From an uncultured Chloroflexia bacterium (GTDB lineage Bacteria; Chloroflexota; Anaerolineae; JAAYZQ01), in NCBI GenBank assembly GCA_963700285.1, contig CAVOXA010000010.1:1408001-1472000 (forward strand): a stretch of 64,000 nucleotides of DNA, given 5' to 3'. The position numbers were made by a program, and so were the translations under genes. Positions 54,363 to 64,000 of the stretch are shown here, piece after piece. Position 1 is the first letter of the stretch; each line of letters begins with the position of its first letter. The notes below the pieces were generated by a model. The model did not search any database. It was given only the letters and a program-made list of their open reading frames with translations, and was not told the DNA's origin.

Positions 54363-54478
54363 GGTCCGTGATCCATCGGTTTCCCTCAGGACAGGTTCGT
54401 GGCGCCTGTGCTCCTCAGATAGACAGAGCCCTCCCGGTTGATTGTTGCCGGGAGGGCTAAAGTGCGGGCAAGGTCTCG

Positions 54479-55621
54479 CTAGCGGCTGATGTGCATGGGC
54501 ATGACGACGCACAAATAGTCAGCGCCGCCGACCGGGCGGAGGACGCCAGGGCTGCTGGATGTGCTTGTTTCCAGGACGACTTCGGGTGTGCCAACGACCG
54601 ACAGGGCGTCGATCATGTAGCGGGCATTGAAGGCGATTTCGATCTCTTCCCCCTCAACGCTGGCGTCCATCTCACTCACATTGTCGCCGTACTCGGCCGA
54701 GGTGCCGGTCACAATCATCTGGCCTGGGGTCAGCTCACTGCCGGGCACGATGTTGAGGCGGATGATGTTGGCTGCGTCGCGGGCAAAGAGGAAGGCAACT
54801 TTTACTGCTTTGAGCAGGTCCCCGGTGGCGATGAGGGTGCGGGTACTGTGAGACGTGGGGACGATCTGTTTGTAGTCGGGAAAGTTGCCCTCGATAAGCT
54901 GTGAGACGAGATCGGTGTTGGACAGGTGAAAGAGGATCTGGTTTTGGGACGGGGTGATGATGAGTTCGATGGGGTCTTCCTGGTCGGCGCTGACGCGGCC
55001 AAGTTCGGCCAGGGCGCGGGCCGGGATAATCACGGTCGATGCCTCGTCCAGGTCGGCGCCCACATCCGCCGTGGACACCGCCAGGCGAAAGCCGTCGGCG
55101 GCGGCCAGGGTGAGGCTCCCCTGGTGAAATTGGGCCAGAACCCCCGTGAGGATGGGGCGGCTCTCATCGGTGGCCGCTGCAATGACCACTTGCTCGATCA
55201 TCTGCCGGAATGTATCCGCATCCACGTGGAGATTGTTCCGCCCGTCGATGGTATCGGCTGTCGGCACAGAGGGGAACTCGCCAGCCTCGATGCCCTTGAT
55301 GTTGGCCTCGTAGCGGGCGCATTTGAGATTGAGCGTCTGAGTGCGCTCGGTGAGTTCCATATCGATCTGGCCGGAGGGCAGTGAGTTGACAAACTCGGTG
55401 AGCAGGCGGGCCGGTACCGTCGTGCGACCCTCCTCCTCGATACGCGCGCCTACCCAGCAGCTGATGCCAATTTCCAGGTTGGTGGCGGCCAGCCTGAGGC
55501 GGCCCTCGTCGGTCTCCAACAGGATGTTGGACAAGACCGGCAGGGTCGAGCGGGCGGCAACAGCCCGGCCCACGGTAGCCAGCCCCTTTGCCAGGTTCTC
55601 TTGCAGGCAGCTGATCTTCAT
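54479..55621 (-). CDS. dnaN: DNA polymerase III beta sliding clamp
   Basis: LPVLSNILL, ATNLE, SRPILTGV, ADGFRL, LIEGNFPDY, IAFNARY, VVMPM. Confidence 0.95.
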   Translation of the reverse strand: MKISCLQENLAKGLATVGRAVAARSTLPVLSNILLETDEGRLRLAATNLEIGISCWVGARIEEEGRTTVPARLLTEFVNSLPSGQIDMELTERTQTLNLKCARYEANIKGIEAGEFPSVPTADTIDGRNNLHVDADTFRQMIEQVVIAAATDESRPILTGVLAQFHQGSLTLAAADGFRLAVSTADVGADLDEASTVIIPARALAELGRVSADQEDPIELIITPSQNQILFHLSNTDLVSQLIEGNFPDYKQIVPTSHSTRTLIATGDLLKAVKVAFLFARDAANIIRLNIVPGSELTPGQMIVTGTSAEYGDNVSEMDASVEGEEIEIAFNARYMIDALSVVGTPEVVLETSTSSSPGVLRPVGGADYLCVVMPMHISR

Positions 55622-55860
55622 GGCGACCTCCTTCACGAGCGCTAGTAATTGGGGTGGCCCGTAGCCCCACCACAACATCTGGGGGTTCGCACGGGACATA
55701 TCATAGTATACTACAAAACTTCCAGAACCTCAAACGGGGGTGGGTGAGTGATTCGCCTGGCCTACCGCGGAGGCACGGCGATGGAGGGGGAGAATGGTGA
55801 TCGAGGGAGGCAAACTCGGGCCAACCGGTTCGCAGCAGGTAGGACGCCCTGAGGCGGCAC

Positions 55861-56754
55861 TCAGGGGAGGGGCTCTTTGAAGTTGTAGATGCCATCCTCG
55901 ATGGGCCAGCGGCGGTCGCAGCCGGGGCAGGCCATCGCCTCGGGGGATTCCAGCAATCCGGCGGAGCCGCAGGCTGGACAGGCGAATAGATCCTTGGCCG
56001 GCGCGACACCTGCGCCGTCTCCCAGGGCACACTGGAGGAAGATGCTGGGTGTTAGTTGCCACCAGGCGCCGGTCGGCTGGCACAGGCCATCCAGCCTGGC
56101 CAGGGCGCTGGGCGGTACGAGGCGCTTGAGCAGGGGCAGGCGAAAGTGGGACACGGTCCGCTGACGTTTCACGTGAAACCCTGCCCCGGCCAGTTGCTCC
56201 TGCATCCAGGCCGGGTGGAAGTCAAAGTTCATCTCCACGAACTCGACAGGGGTCTGGTCGTAGGGGCTCCAGTCCTGCTTGCCCAGGGCATGGCGGGCCA
56301 TGGCCTTCAGGTGCCGCTTGCTGGCAAATTCGAGGACGTAGCTGCCGCCATCGACCAGCACCCGCGCTACTTGGTCCAGCAGGCTGGGCACGTCGGCGAC
56401 GTGGTGGATGACGCGGACCATCATGGCCGTGTCGATGGCGTCGGGTAGGAAGGGCATGTGGTAAAAGCTGGCGGCCACGTAGAGGATGCGCCTGTCGCGG
56501 CCCAGGCGCTCCTGGGCTTGGCGCAGCAGCGAGCGGGAATAATCCAGCAGGATGACCTGGTCGTAGCCGTCGTAGAACTGGGAGAGGCGCCCAAAACCGG
56601 CGCCGATGTCCAGCAGGCGGCGGCCGGCCGGAGGCAGCAAATGCTGCAGGGCGATGCGCTCGGCCAGGTCCTCGTACTCGCGGCCCTGGCCGTCCCAGAA
56701 GTCGGTCTTGTAGGCGCTGCCCTCATAGTCGCAAAGGCGAGGTTCGTGGTCCAT
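55861..56754 (-). CDS. Class I SAM methyltransferase with C-terminal Trm112-like Zn ribbon
   Basis: LDIGAGFGRL; CPAC...CPGC..WPIEDGI. Confidence 0.85.
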   Translation of the reverse strand: MDHEPRLCDYEGSAYKTDFWDGQGREYEDLAERIALQHLLPPAGRRLLDIGAGFGRLSQFYDGYDQVILLDYSRSLLRQAQERLGRDRRILYVAASFYHMPFLPDAIDTAMMVRVIHHVADVPSLLDQVARVLVDGGSYVLEFASKRHLKAMARHALGKQDWSPYDQTPVEFVEMNFDFHPAWMQEQLAGAGFHVKRQRTVSHFRLPLLKRLVPPSALARLDGLCQPTGAWWQLTPSIFLQCALGDGAGVAPAKDLFACPACGSAGLLESPEAMACPGCDRRWPIEDGIYNFKEPLP

Positions 56755-57015
56755 GCCCTGGATAGTAGCACAGTTTGCCTCCGCCGTCAACAGTTGGGGC
56801 CAGGTGATTGCCCATATCACACGCCAAGACGCAAGGGCGCCAAGAACAACAAGAAAACCGAATGCGGGCCAAGACAGTGATTTGTCCTTTGCGACCAGGT
56901 GGGCTATAATGCGGGGCGCATTGGGATCGGGAGGGTGGGGATTGGGCCTGGTCGACAGAGGAGATCGCTGGTACCGGGCCCGGCTTGAACCGGCCATTTA
57001 GGAAAGGACGTGACT

Positions 57016-57966
57016 ATGATTATTCTTGTGACCGGAGCGGCGGGCTTTATTGGTTCACACCTGGTAGAGCGACTGCTGGCCCTGGGGCACTCGGTGTGGG
57101 GGTTGGACTGCCTGACCGACTATTACGCTCGATCTCTAAAAGACCTCAACGTCCAGGCCATCACCAGTGCCGGCGCTTCCTTTCTACCCCTGGATCTGGC
57201 CAGCGATGACCTGAGCGCAGCACTCTGCGACGTGGACGTTGTGTTCCATTCGGCCGCGCAGCCGGGGCTGTCTGCTGCCTGCAGCTTTGAGACCTACGCC
57301 CGGAACAACATCACGGCCACCTATCGCCTGCTGGAGGCCGCCTGCCGGGCGCCCTCGCTGCAGGGCTTCATTAATCTCTCCACCTCGTCGGTCTATGGTA
57401 CCTACGCCACGGGCGACGAAACGACGGAGCCCAAGCCTACCTCTTACTATGGCGTGACCAAACTCGCCGCCGAACAGCTTGTCCTGTCGTACCAGCGCAC
57501 GCGGGGCCTGCCGGCCTGCTCTCTGCGGCTCTTTTCTGTCTACGGGCCCCGGGAACGACCAGAAAAGCTATATTCCAAATTGATACGGGCAATTCACGAG
57601 GGCCGCGAGTTCCCCCTTTACGAGGGCAGCGAGCATCATCTGCGTAGCTATACCTATGTCGGGGATATCGTCGATGGCTTTGTCGCCGTCCTGGACAACC
57701 TGGGCCCGTGCGCTGGCGAGATCTTGAATCTTGGTACCGACCGCACCATCACGACTGGGGAAGGCATCGCCATCGTGGAGGAGATCATGGGCAAAGAGGC
57801 CCGGATCGTGCAGGTGCCCAAGCGGGAGGGCGACCAACTCCGGACGGAGGCCAACATCGAAAAGGCCCGGGCGATCCTGGGCTATGAGCCGGTGACGACG
57901 CCCAGGGACGGGCTGGCAGCGCAGGTGGCGTGGTATCGAGAGGTGGCGGACGGCGAACGCTTGTGA
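57016..57966 (+). CDS. NAD-dependent epimerase/dehydratase (UDP-glucuronate epimerase-like)
   Basis: TGAAGFIGSH, STSSVYG, YGVTK, VYGPRERP. Confidence 0.9.
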   Translation: MIILVTGAAGFIGSHLVERLLALGHSVWGLDCLTDYYARSLKDLNVQAITSAGASFLPLDLASDDLSAALCDVDVVFHSAAQPGLSAACSFETYARNNITATYRLLEAACRAPSLQGFINLSTSSVYGTYATGDETTEPKPTSYYGVTKLAAEQLVLSYQRTRGLPACSLRLFSVYGPRERPEKLYSKLIRAIHEGREFPLYEGSEHHLRSYTYVGDIVDGFVAVLDNLGPCAGEILNLGTDRTITTGEGIAIVEEIMGKEARIVQVPKREGDQLRTEANIEKARAILGYEPVTTPRDGLAAQVAWYREVADGERL

Positions 57967-58076
57967 CCTACGGCAGATCGTGACTATCATCAATCCATTG
58001 CACCTGGACAGATCGTGGAATGTGTGCTACAATAGCACAAAATCACCAACATGTTGTGCTACTTTGGAGGGGTCCT

Positions 58077-58391
58077 TTGACAGCAACGATTCAATCCACT
58101 GATCTGCGGCGGCAGGTACGGGAAGTGCTGGACCGTGTGCGGCGTGAACAGGAGCCCGTCATCGTGCGTACCTACGACACGCCACAAGCGGTGCTTATCC
58201 CCTACGAAGACTTTGAAGCGTTTCAGGCATGGCAGGATCGGCAGCAGAAGCGCAACGCCTGGTTGGCCGAACTGCAGTCCCTTGCCGAAAAGGTGAGCGC
58301 CCGGGCTGCACTATCCGACGACGAGGCGGCGGTCCTGATCGATGAAGCGGTCCGGGCGACTGCCCACTGCCCGCAGACATCTGGATGGTGA
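58077..58391 (+). CDS. Phd/YefM antitoxin
   Basis: TIQSTDLRR..REVLDRV...PVIV...P.AVLI; GGAGG RBS; TAGCACAA...TTGTGCTA palindrome upstream. Confidence 0.8.
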   Translation: MTATIQSTDLRRQVREVLDRVRREQEPVIVRTYDTPQAVLIPYEDFEAFQAWQDRQQKRNAWLAELQSLAEKVSARAALSDDEAAVLIDEAVRATAHCPQTSGW

Positions 58392-58813
58392 TCCGCGCCG
58401 TTCTGGACAGCAACGTGCTGGTCAGCTATCTACTCACTCACCGTCCCCCTATGGCCACGTTGCTTGACTATCATCTGGCCCGGGACGATTTCGTACTGGT
58501 GACCGCCCCCGAACTCCTGGCTGAGCTTGACCGTGTCCTGGGATATTCCAAGTTGCAGCGGTACTATACCGAGCAAGATCGCACACTTTTTGTCGCCATG
58601 ATCATGGCCTTGGGCGACGTGGCAGAACTGCCCGAGATGATACCCCGCATCTCGCGTGATCCGGATGACGATCGGGTGATCGCCTGCGCTGTCGCTGGCG
58701 AGGCTGATGTGATTGTCAGTGGCGACGAAGATCTGCTGGCCCTGAATCGAGTGGGAGACATTCCCATCCTCACGGCGGCCCGGTTTTTGGAATTGTTGGA
58801 ACAGGGCGATTGA
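58385..58813 (+). CDS. PIN-domain toxin (putative TA toxin)
   Basis: AVLDSNVLVS, RDPDDDRVIACA, IVSGDEDLL. Confidence 0.88.
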   Translation: MVIRAVLDSNVLVSYLLTHRPPMATLLDYHLARDDFVLVTAPELLAELDRVLGYSKLQRYYTEQDRTLFVAMIMALGDVAELPEMIPRISRDPDDDRVIACAVAGEADVIVSGDEDLLALNRVGDIPILTAARFLELLEQGD

Positions 58814-58823
58814 CAGCGAGAAC

Positions 58824-58993
58824 CGTTGTCCGATGAGGTGAGTGTCAGGGGGCAGGCGTGGACTGTGGTCCACGCCGAGCGACTGACGGAGGCAGCATCC
58901 GATCGTTGTCCGATGAGGTGAGTGTCAGGGGGCAGGCGTGGACTGTGGTCCACGCCGAGCGACTGACGGAGGCAGCCCGATCTGTTGTCCGAT
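58824..58993. repeat. 80-bp tandem duplication (2 units plus partial) carrying GGCGTGGACTGTGGTCCACGCC hairpin
   Basis: Units start 58824 and 58904; same hairpin core also at about 34682-34700. Confidence 0.85.
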
Positions 58994-59013
58994 GGGGCCT
59001 TGCAGAAGACCGG

Positions 59014-59724
59014 CTAGCTCCCCAGATCCACCAGGCCGCGGCGCAGGGCAGTGACTACGGCGTGGGTCCGGTCGTTGGCCTGAAGCTTGGCGATGATGGT
59101 ACTGACATAGTTTTTGACCGTGCCCTCGGTCAGGTACAGGCGGGCGCCGATATCCTTGTTGGAAAGGCCCTCTACCAGAAGATGGAGCACCTCTTCCTCG
59201 CGGGGGGTGAGGGCTTCGATGACGCCGTCCACTGCTTCGCCAGCCGATGGCTGCCGGGCCGGACTGCTCTCGGGCTGGGATGCCGCTGGCTGAGAAGCCA
59301 GCCGCTGAAACTCACCCAATACCTTGCGGGCGACACCAGGATCGATCTGCGATTCGCCCCGCGTCACGCCCCGGATGGCCTCGACCAGCGTTTCGCCGCT
59401 GGCATCTTTGAGGAGATAACCCTCGGCCCCAGCCTTGATCCCCTCAAAGACCAGGTTATCGGTGTCGTAGGTGGTGAGGATGATGACGTGGGTGCCGGGC
59501 AGCTCGGCGCAGATCCGGCGCGTGGCCGGGATGCCGCCCAAGCGGGGCATTTTCAGGTCCATGAGTACCACGTCGGGGCGGAGTTCACGGGCCAGGGCTA
59601 TCCCTTCCTGCCCATCGCCGGCCTGGCCGGCCACCTCGATGCCCTCTGCGTATCTGAGGATCGTGGCCAACCCCTGGCGCACGATCTGCTGGTCATCTAC
59701 GAGCAGAACACGGATGGCGCCCAT
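59014..59724 (-). CDS. NarL/LuxR response regulator (no adjacent kinase)
   Basis: LLVDDQ, VLMDLKMP, GYLLKD, LTPREEEVL...TVKNYVS. Confidence 0.93.
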   Translation of the reverse strand: MGAIRVLLVDDQQIVRQGLATILRYAEGIEVAGQAGDGQEGIALARELRPDVVLMDLKMPRLGGIPATRRICAELPGTHVIILTTYDTDNLVFEGIKAGAEGYLLKDASGETLVEAIRGVTRGESQIDPGVARKVLGEFQRLASQPAASQPESSPARQPSAGEAVDGVIEALTPREEEVLHLLVEGLSNKDIGARLYLTEGTVKNYVSTIIAKLQANDRTHAVVTALRRGLVDLGS

Positions 59725-59754
59725 GGTTCCATCAACCCCCTGCCAGCCACCAGT

Positions 59755-60501
59755 TCAATTGAGATCATGGTAGGGATAGACGGCGGCTTCCTGCGCCGCT
59801 GCCCTGATGGCGGGATCGGATGAGTAGACGCCACGCCGTTCAGGGGGGAGCAGCATGGCAATTCGCTCCATGATCTCGTCGCCGATCTCCTCCAGGCGCT
59901 GGCGGCGTTCAAGGCCGCGGTCCGGAGCGAGCAGGGGGCCAAAGGGCTTGCCGATGCGTACCGTGACCTGGGCGCGGTGTCCCTGTCGCAAGCGGGGAAA
60001 GAGGCCGACCAACCCATCGAGACCCAGAGGCAGGATCTGGGCGCGGGTGAGGGCAGCCAGATAGGCCGTCCCGGGCCGGGCCGGGCGCAGCACAGGAGCC
60101 CATGAGCCCCCTTCGGGAAAGATACCCAGCATCCCGTTCTGGGCCAGCACCTGCGTCGAGGCGCGCATGGCGCGCCGAGAGACGGCGCCCCGGCGGACGG
60201 TGTACACGCCCCAGAGCTTGGGCAGCCAGCTTGTAACCGGCGGCGCGTCGATGAGGTGAAAGCCGGCCAGGAATTCCATGGGCCAGGGCAGCGTGCTGAT
60301 AATGGCCACGGGATCGGCAAAGTGAAAATGATTGGCCACCACAATCAGCGGACCGGACTTGGGCAGGTTCTCCAGGCCCTGGACGTCAAAGTCGCTGAGG
60401 ATAGAAAAGGCGAGGCGCGAGAGCTTTCGCAGGAGGTAGCGAACCGGGCGGCGGCGCGGGTAGGGAAACGGCGATCGATTCTCAGATGGTTTCTGGTCCA
60501 C
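59755..60501 (-). CDS. Lysophospholipid acyltransferase (PlsC family)
   Basis: NHFHFAD, IFPEG motifs. Confidence 0.88.
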   Translation of the reverse strand: MDQKPSENRSPFPYPRRRPVRYLLRKLSRLAFSILSDFDVQGLENLPKSGPLIVVANHFHFADPVAIISTLPWPMEFLAGFHLIDAPPVTSWLPKLWGVYTVRRGAVSRRAMRASTQVLAQNGMLGIFPEGGSWAPVLRPARPGTAYLAALTRAQILPLGLDGLVGLFPRLRQGHRAQVTVRIGKPFGPLLAPDRGLERRQRLEEIGDEIMERIAMLLPPERRGVYSSDPAIRAAAQEAAVYPYHDLN

Positions 60502-60600
60502 GACTATAGTATAACCGTGAATGTGCAAAGTGCCAAGCTGGGTTGGGCTCGGAGAGACAAGGGTTTGACATTTTGATGACCATTTGATATGATTTGATGT

Positions 60601-60852
60601 ATGAGAACGACGATTCGATTGGATGACGATCTGTTGGTTGAGATCAAGAGAATTTCTGCGCAGACGGGCAGAACACTGACTTTGGTCATTGAGGATGCCT
60701 TGCGCGAAATGCTGGCTCGCCAGCGGAGAACAAAAGAACGCAAGCCGGTAAGACTCACGACCGTGTCAGGCAGTGGCCTCCAACCAGGCGTCGATCTGGA
60801 TGACTCAGCGGCTCTGCTTACCCTCATGGAAGAATCCAGTGATTCTGCCTGA
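60601..60852 (+). CDS. VapB-type RHH antitoxin
   Basis: MRTTIRLDDDLL...GRTLT.VIEDALR; PGVDLDD. Confidence 0.88.
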   Translation: MRTTIRLDDDLLVEIKRISAQTGRTLTLVIEDALREMLARQRRTKERKPVRLTTVSGSGLQPGVDLDDSAALLTLMEESSDSA

Positions 60853-61270
60853 CGTCAATGTACTGGTGTACGCCCACCGGGTGGACGCACCCAAGCACAC
60901 CGCCTACCGCGAGTGGCTGGAGGGCGTGATCAACAGTGACCAAGCGTACGGCCTGGCCGATCTCGTGCTGAGTGGTTTCCTGCGCATCGTCACTCATCCC
61001 CGGGTCTTTGCTCGTCCCAGTGGACTGGACCAGGCGCTGGCGTTTGTCACCGAAATCCGCGACCAGCCAAACTGCGTTCCTGTCGGGCCTGGACCTCGCC
61101 ATTGGGATATCTTTGTGCGACTGTGTAGGACCGCGACTGTGAAGGGGAATCTTGTTCCCGATGCCTACCTGGCAGCTTTGGCTATTGAATCAGGCAGCGA
61201 GTGGATCACGACAGACCGAGATTTCAGCAGATTTCCCCAGTTGTTGTGGCGACATCCCCTTGACGATTAG
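60839..61270 (+). CDS. vapC: VapC PIN toxin
   Basis: LPDVNVLVYA, FLRIVTHPR, NLVPDAYLAALAIE, TTDRDF. Confidence 0.9.
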   Translation: MILPDVNVLVYAHRVDAPKHTAYREWLEGVINSDQAYGLADLVLSGFLRIVTHPRVFARPSGLDQALAFVTEIRDQPNCVPVGPGPRHWDIFVRLCRTATVKGNLVPDAYLAALAIESGSEWITTDRDFSRFPQLLWRHPLDD

Positions 61271-61377
61271 AAAAGTCATACCCTATCTCTGTCTGCGCAA
61301 GAATGCCCAGGTTCTTATCCTCTCTTCCACACCAGAAGACTGCCAAAGTGGCCCTCGATTTCAAGAAAGGCAGCAAA

Positions 61378-62193
61378 ATGTCCGAGCGGAGCGTCATTGA
61401 GCGTACAGACACGCCCCTGACCGTCACGTCGCTAGCCGAACAACTGCGGGATTGTGGCCTGGCAGAGGGCCAGACCGTGTTGGCCCATCTGGCTATGAGC
61501 AAACTTGGCTGGATTGTTGGGGGGGCCGGGGCGGTGATCCTGGCCCTGCTGGCCGCAGTCGGCGATACCGGCACGATCATGATGACGACACACAACGGCG
61601 ACAATACGGACCCATCCGAATGGCAGCACCCGCCGGTTCCAGAAGCCTGGTGGCAGACGATCCGGGACCATACCCCGGCCTATAGCCCGCGGACCACCCC
61701 AACGCGAGACATGGGCGTGGTGCCAGAACTGTTCCGTACCTGGCCGGGGGCCGTCCGCAGCGCGCATCCCGCCTTCTCCCTGGCGGCTCTGGGGCCGAAT
61801 GCCGAGTATCTGGTGGCCGGCCACGCCCTGGAGGAGGACACCGGCGACCGATCACCCTTGGGCAAGCTCTACGAACTTGACGGCTATGTGCTGCTGCTCG
61901 GTGTCGATCACTGGAACAACACCTCGCTGCATCTGGCCGAGCACCGCGCCGAGTATCCCGGCAAGCGTTATCTCCACACCGGCAGTGCAATGCTGGTTGA
62001 TGGCCAGCGCCAGTGGGTAGCCTACGAGACGCTGGACAGCAATCCCGACGACTTTGCTGAGATCGGGGCTGCTTTCGATAGAGCACACAACATCGCCGTC
62101 CAGCGGATCAATGACGCCCAGGTGCGCTTTTTCAAGCAGCGGCTGGTCGTCGACTTTGCCGTCGCGTGGATGGAACAGCAAAGGACTTGTTGA
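61378..62193 (+). CDS. AAC(3)/YokD-family N-acetyltransferase
   Basis: H.AMSKLGWIVGG, MGVVPELFR, RSAHP, SPLGKLY, NTSLHLAE. Confidence 0.88.
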   Translation: MSERSVIERTDTPLTVTSLAEQLRDCGLAEGQTVLAHLAMSKLGWIVGGAGAVILALLAAVGDTGTIMMTTHNGDNTDPSEWQHPPVPEAWWQTIRDHTPAYSPRTTPTRDMGVVPELFRTWPGAVRSAHPAFSLAALGPNAEYLVAGHALEEDTGDRSPLGKLYELDGYVLLLGVDHWNNTSLHLAEHRAEYPGKRYLHTGSAMLVDGQRQWVAYETLDSNPDDFAEIGAAFDRAHNIAVQRINDAQVRFFKQRLVVDFAVAWMEQQRTC

Positions 62194-63006
62194 TGGAGCA
62201 AAACAATATGGTTAGAGGAGCCCAGGCTGTCTATTTCTCCCACGGCGGTGGTCCGTTGCCCATCCTGGGAGATGCCAGCCACCAGGCGATGGTGGAGTTC
62301 ATGACCCGGCTTCCAGCGCAACTGACCAGGCCGGAGGCCATCGTCGTCGTCAGCGCGCACTGGGAGGAAGGCGCCGCCACCCTTCTGGGCGCGCCCAGTC
62401 CCCCCATGTTCTACGACTACTATGGCTTTCCCAGGGAAGCCTACGACATCACCTACCCCGCCCCCGGCCATCCTGCCCTGGCAGAGCGGATTGCTGGTCT
62501 GCTGGAGAAGAACGACATCCCGGCGCGCATAGATACCCGGCGAGGCTTCGACCACGGCCTGTTCATCCCGCTCAAGCTGATGTATCCGCGAGCGGATATC
62601 CCCTCCATCCAACTCTCGCTGTTGCGCGGGCTGGACCCGGCGGCGCACATCGCTCTGGGCAAGGCGTTGCGCGACATTGCTGGGCGAAAACATTCTGGTC
62701 ATCGGCTCGGGCTTCTCGTTTCACAACCTGAACGCGTTTTTCGGACAGGACCTTGGCGCGCCCGATCCGGCGAACGACGCCTTCCAGGACTGGCTTATCG
62801 AGACGTGCACCGGGCCGCTGTCGCAGGCGGAGCGCGAACAGCGCTTGATCGAATGGGAGCGAGCGCCCTCCGCCCGCTACTGCCACCCCCGCGAGGAGCA
62901 CCTGCTGCCCCTTCATGTGTGCCTTGGGCTGGCGGGCGGGCCCGCCAAAGTGGTCTTTGACGACCAGATCCTGGGCAAGCGCGGCGTGGCGTTTCTGTGG
63001 AGATGA
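62193..63006 (+). CDS. DODA-type class III extradiol dioxygenase (frameshifted)
   Basis: FSHGGGP, SAHW, YDYYGFP, RGFDHG, GSGFSFHNL, HPREEHLLPL. Confidence 0.9.
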
Positions 63007-63042
63007 GTTAGTCTCCTCCGAAACGATGAAGGCTGGTTGGTA

Positions 63043-63927
63043 TTAGGCTACACTCCCTGCCAATGCAATAGCGCCCAGCACCCCGGCGCGATCTGCCAGG
63101 ACCGGCGGCACGATATAGTGGTCGATGTCGTCCAGGATCTCGGGTGCTTGCACGTAGCCGTTGAGTAGTTCCTGTACCTCAGCCCGGATGAGTGGGAAGA
63201 GGTGGCGTTCCACCATCACCCCACCGCCCAGGATGATGCGCTGCGGCGAGAGCGTGCAGATCAGGTTGACCAGGCCCAGGGCCAGGTAGTGGGCCTCGAG
63301 GGGCCAGGCCGGGTGATCGGCAGGCAGGGTTTCCCCCCGCTGGCCCCATCTGGCCTCCAGCGCCGGGCCGGTGGCCAAGCCCTCCAGGCAATCGCCGTGG
63401 TAGGGACAGACCCCCTCGAAAGGATCAGCTTCCCGGTCATGGGGCAGGCGAATGTGTCCCATCTCGGGGTGCACCAGGCCATGCATCAGCTTGCCGCCCA
63501 CCATTCCGCCGCCGCCGATGCCGGTGCCGATGGTCAGGTAGAGGAACGTGTCCAGCCCTTGAGCTGCGCCCCAGCGGTGCTCTCCCAGGGCCGCGCCGTT
63601 GACGTCGGTGTCAAAGCCCACCGGCAGATCCAGTGCCCGGCCTACTGCCCCGGCCAGATCGGTATTCGCCCAACCAGGCTTGGGCGTGGAGGTGATGTGA
63701 CCGTAGGTGGGCGACGCCGGGTTGAGATCGACCGGCCCGAAAGATGCAATCCCGATGGCAGAGAGCCTTGCCTGAAAGGGCGCCAGGAAATCGATGGCGC
63801 GGCCGATCGTCTCCTGGGGAGTGGTAGTTGGAAACTGGACGTCGGCCCGGACGTCATCCGGTCCGGTACCCACAGCGCAGACGAACTTGGTACCGCCTGC
63901 TTCGATCCCGCCGTAGAGTGGGGACAT
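63043..63927 (-). CDS. ROK-family fructokinase
   Basis: [43 protein letters not shown]. Confidence 0.92.
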   Translation of the reverse strand: MSPLYGGIEAGGTKFVCAVGTGPDDVRADVQFPTTTPQETIGRAIDFLAPFQARLSAIGIASFGPVDLNPASPTYGHITSTPKPGWANTDLAGAVGRALDLPVGFDTDVNGAALGEHRWGAAQGLDTFLYLTIGTGIGGGGMVGGKLMHGLVHPEMGHIRLPHDREADPFEGVCPYHGDCLEGLATGPALEARWGQRGETLPADHPAWPLEAHYLALGLVNLICTLSPQRIILGGGVMVERHLFPLIRAEVQELLNGYVQAPEILDDIDHYIVPPVLADRAGVLGAIALAGSVA

Positions 63928-64000
63928 AGTACAGCCTAACCTTTCAGGCCCGGGCTGGCAATACGCCGGACAAAAGTCCCTGGAATGCCCAAGACGGCCA

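Noticed and set aside
58824-58993. Mini CRISPR array
   Set aside because: Whole 80-bp units are identical with no unique spacers, and there are no cas genes

Overview
High-GC bacterial chromosome segment. Gene content and a C-terminal LPVIRR-type motif suggest Chloroflexota, probably Anaerolineae (inference). Many genes, including tkt, ybeY, rsmG and an EF-G paralogue, carry apparent frameshifts, most simply explained by long-read consensus indels. Backbone: GH31 glycosidase; an XRE-cupin/amidohydrolase/pteridine-reductase-like/MoaD cluster; an Ltp4/Ltp3-like thiolase pair with two DUF35 proteins and an acyl-CoA dehydrogenase; a peptidase/racemase cluster; cytochrome c peroxidase; ybeY/HD-phosphohydrolase/yqeY; EF-G2; cdaR; gmd; MFS; tkt; rsmG; dnaN. 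An accessory island (about 13.2-26.6 kb) begins with a Prim-Pol/DUF3987-like replication gene behind a LexA-type box. It is followed by a GTAGAC iteron-like array, HicAB, a type I R-M operon split by a REP-associated tyrosine transposase carrying three REPINs, and Phd-VapC. No integrase is visible. Other highlights: a second SOS-boxed orphan gene facing an ORF-less structured transcript, a strong promoter driving a long structured leader plus a 40-aa hydrophobic peptide, several REP families and four intact toxin-antitoxin pairs. No rRNA, tRNA or CRISPR array was recognised.
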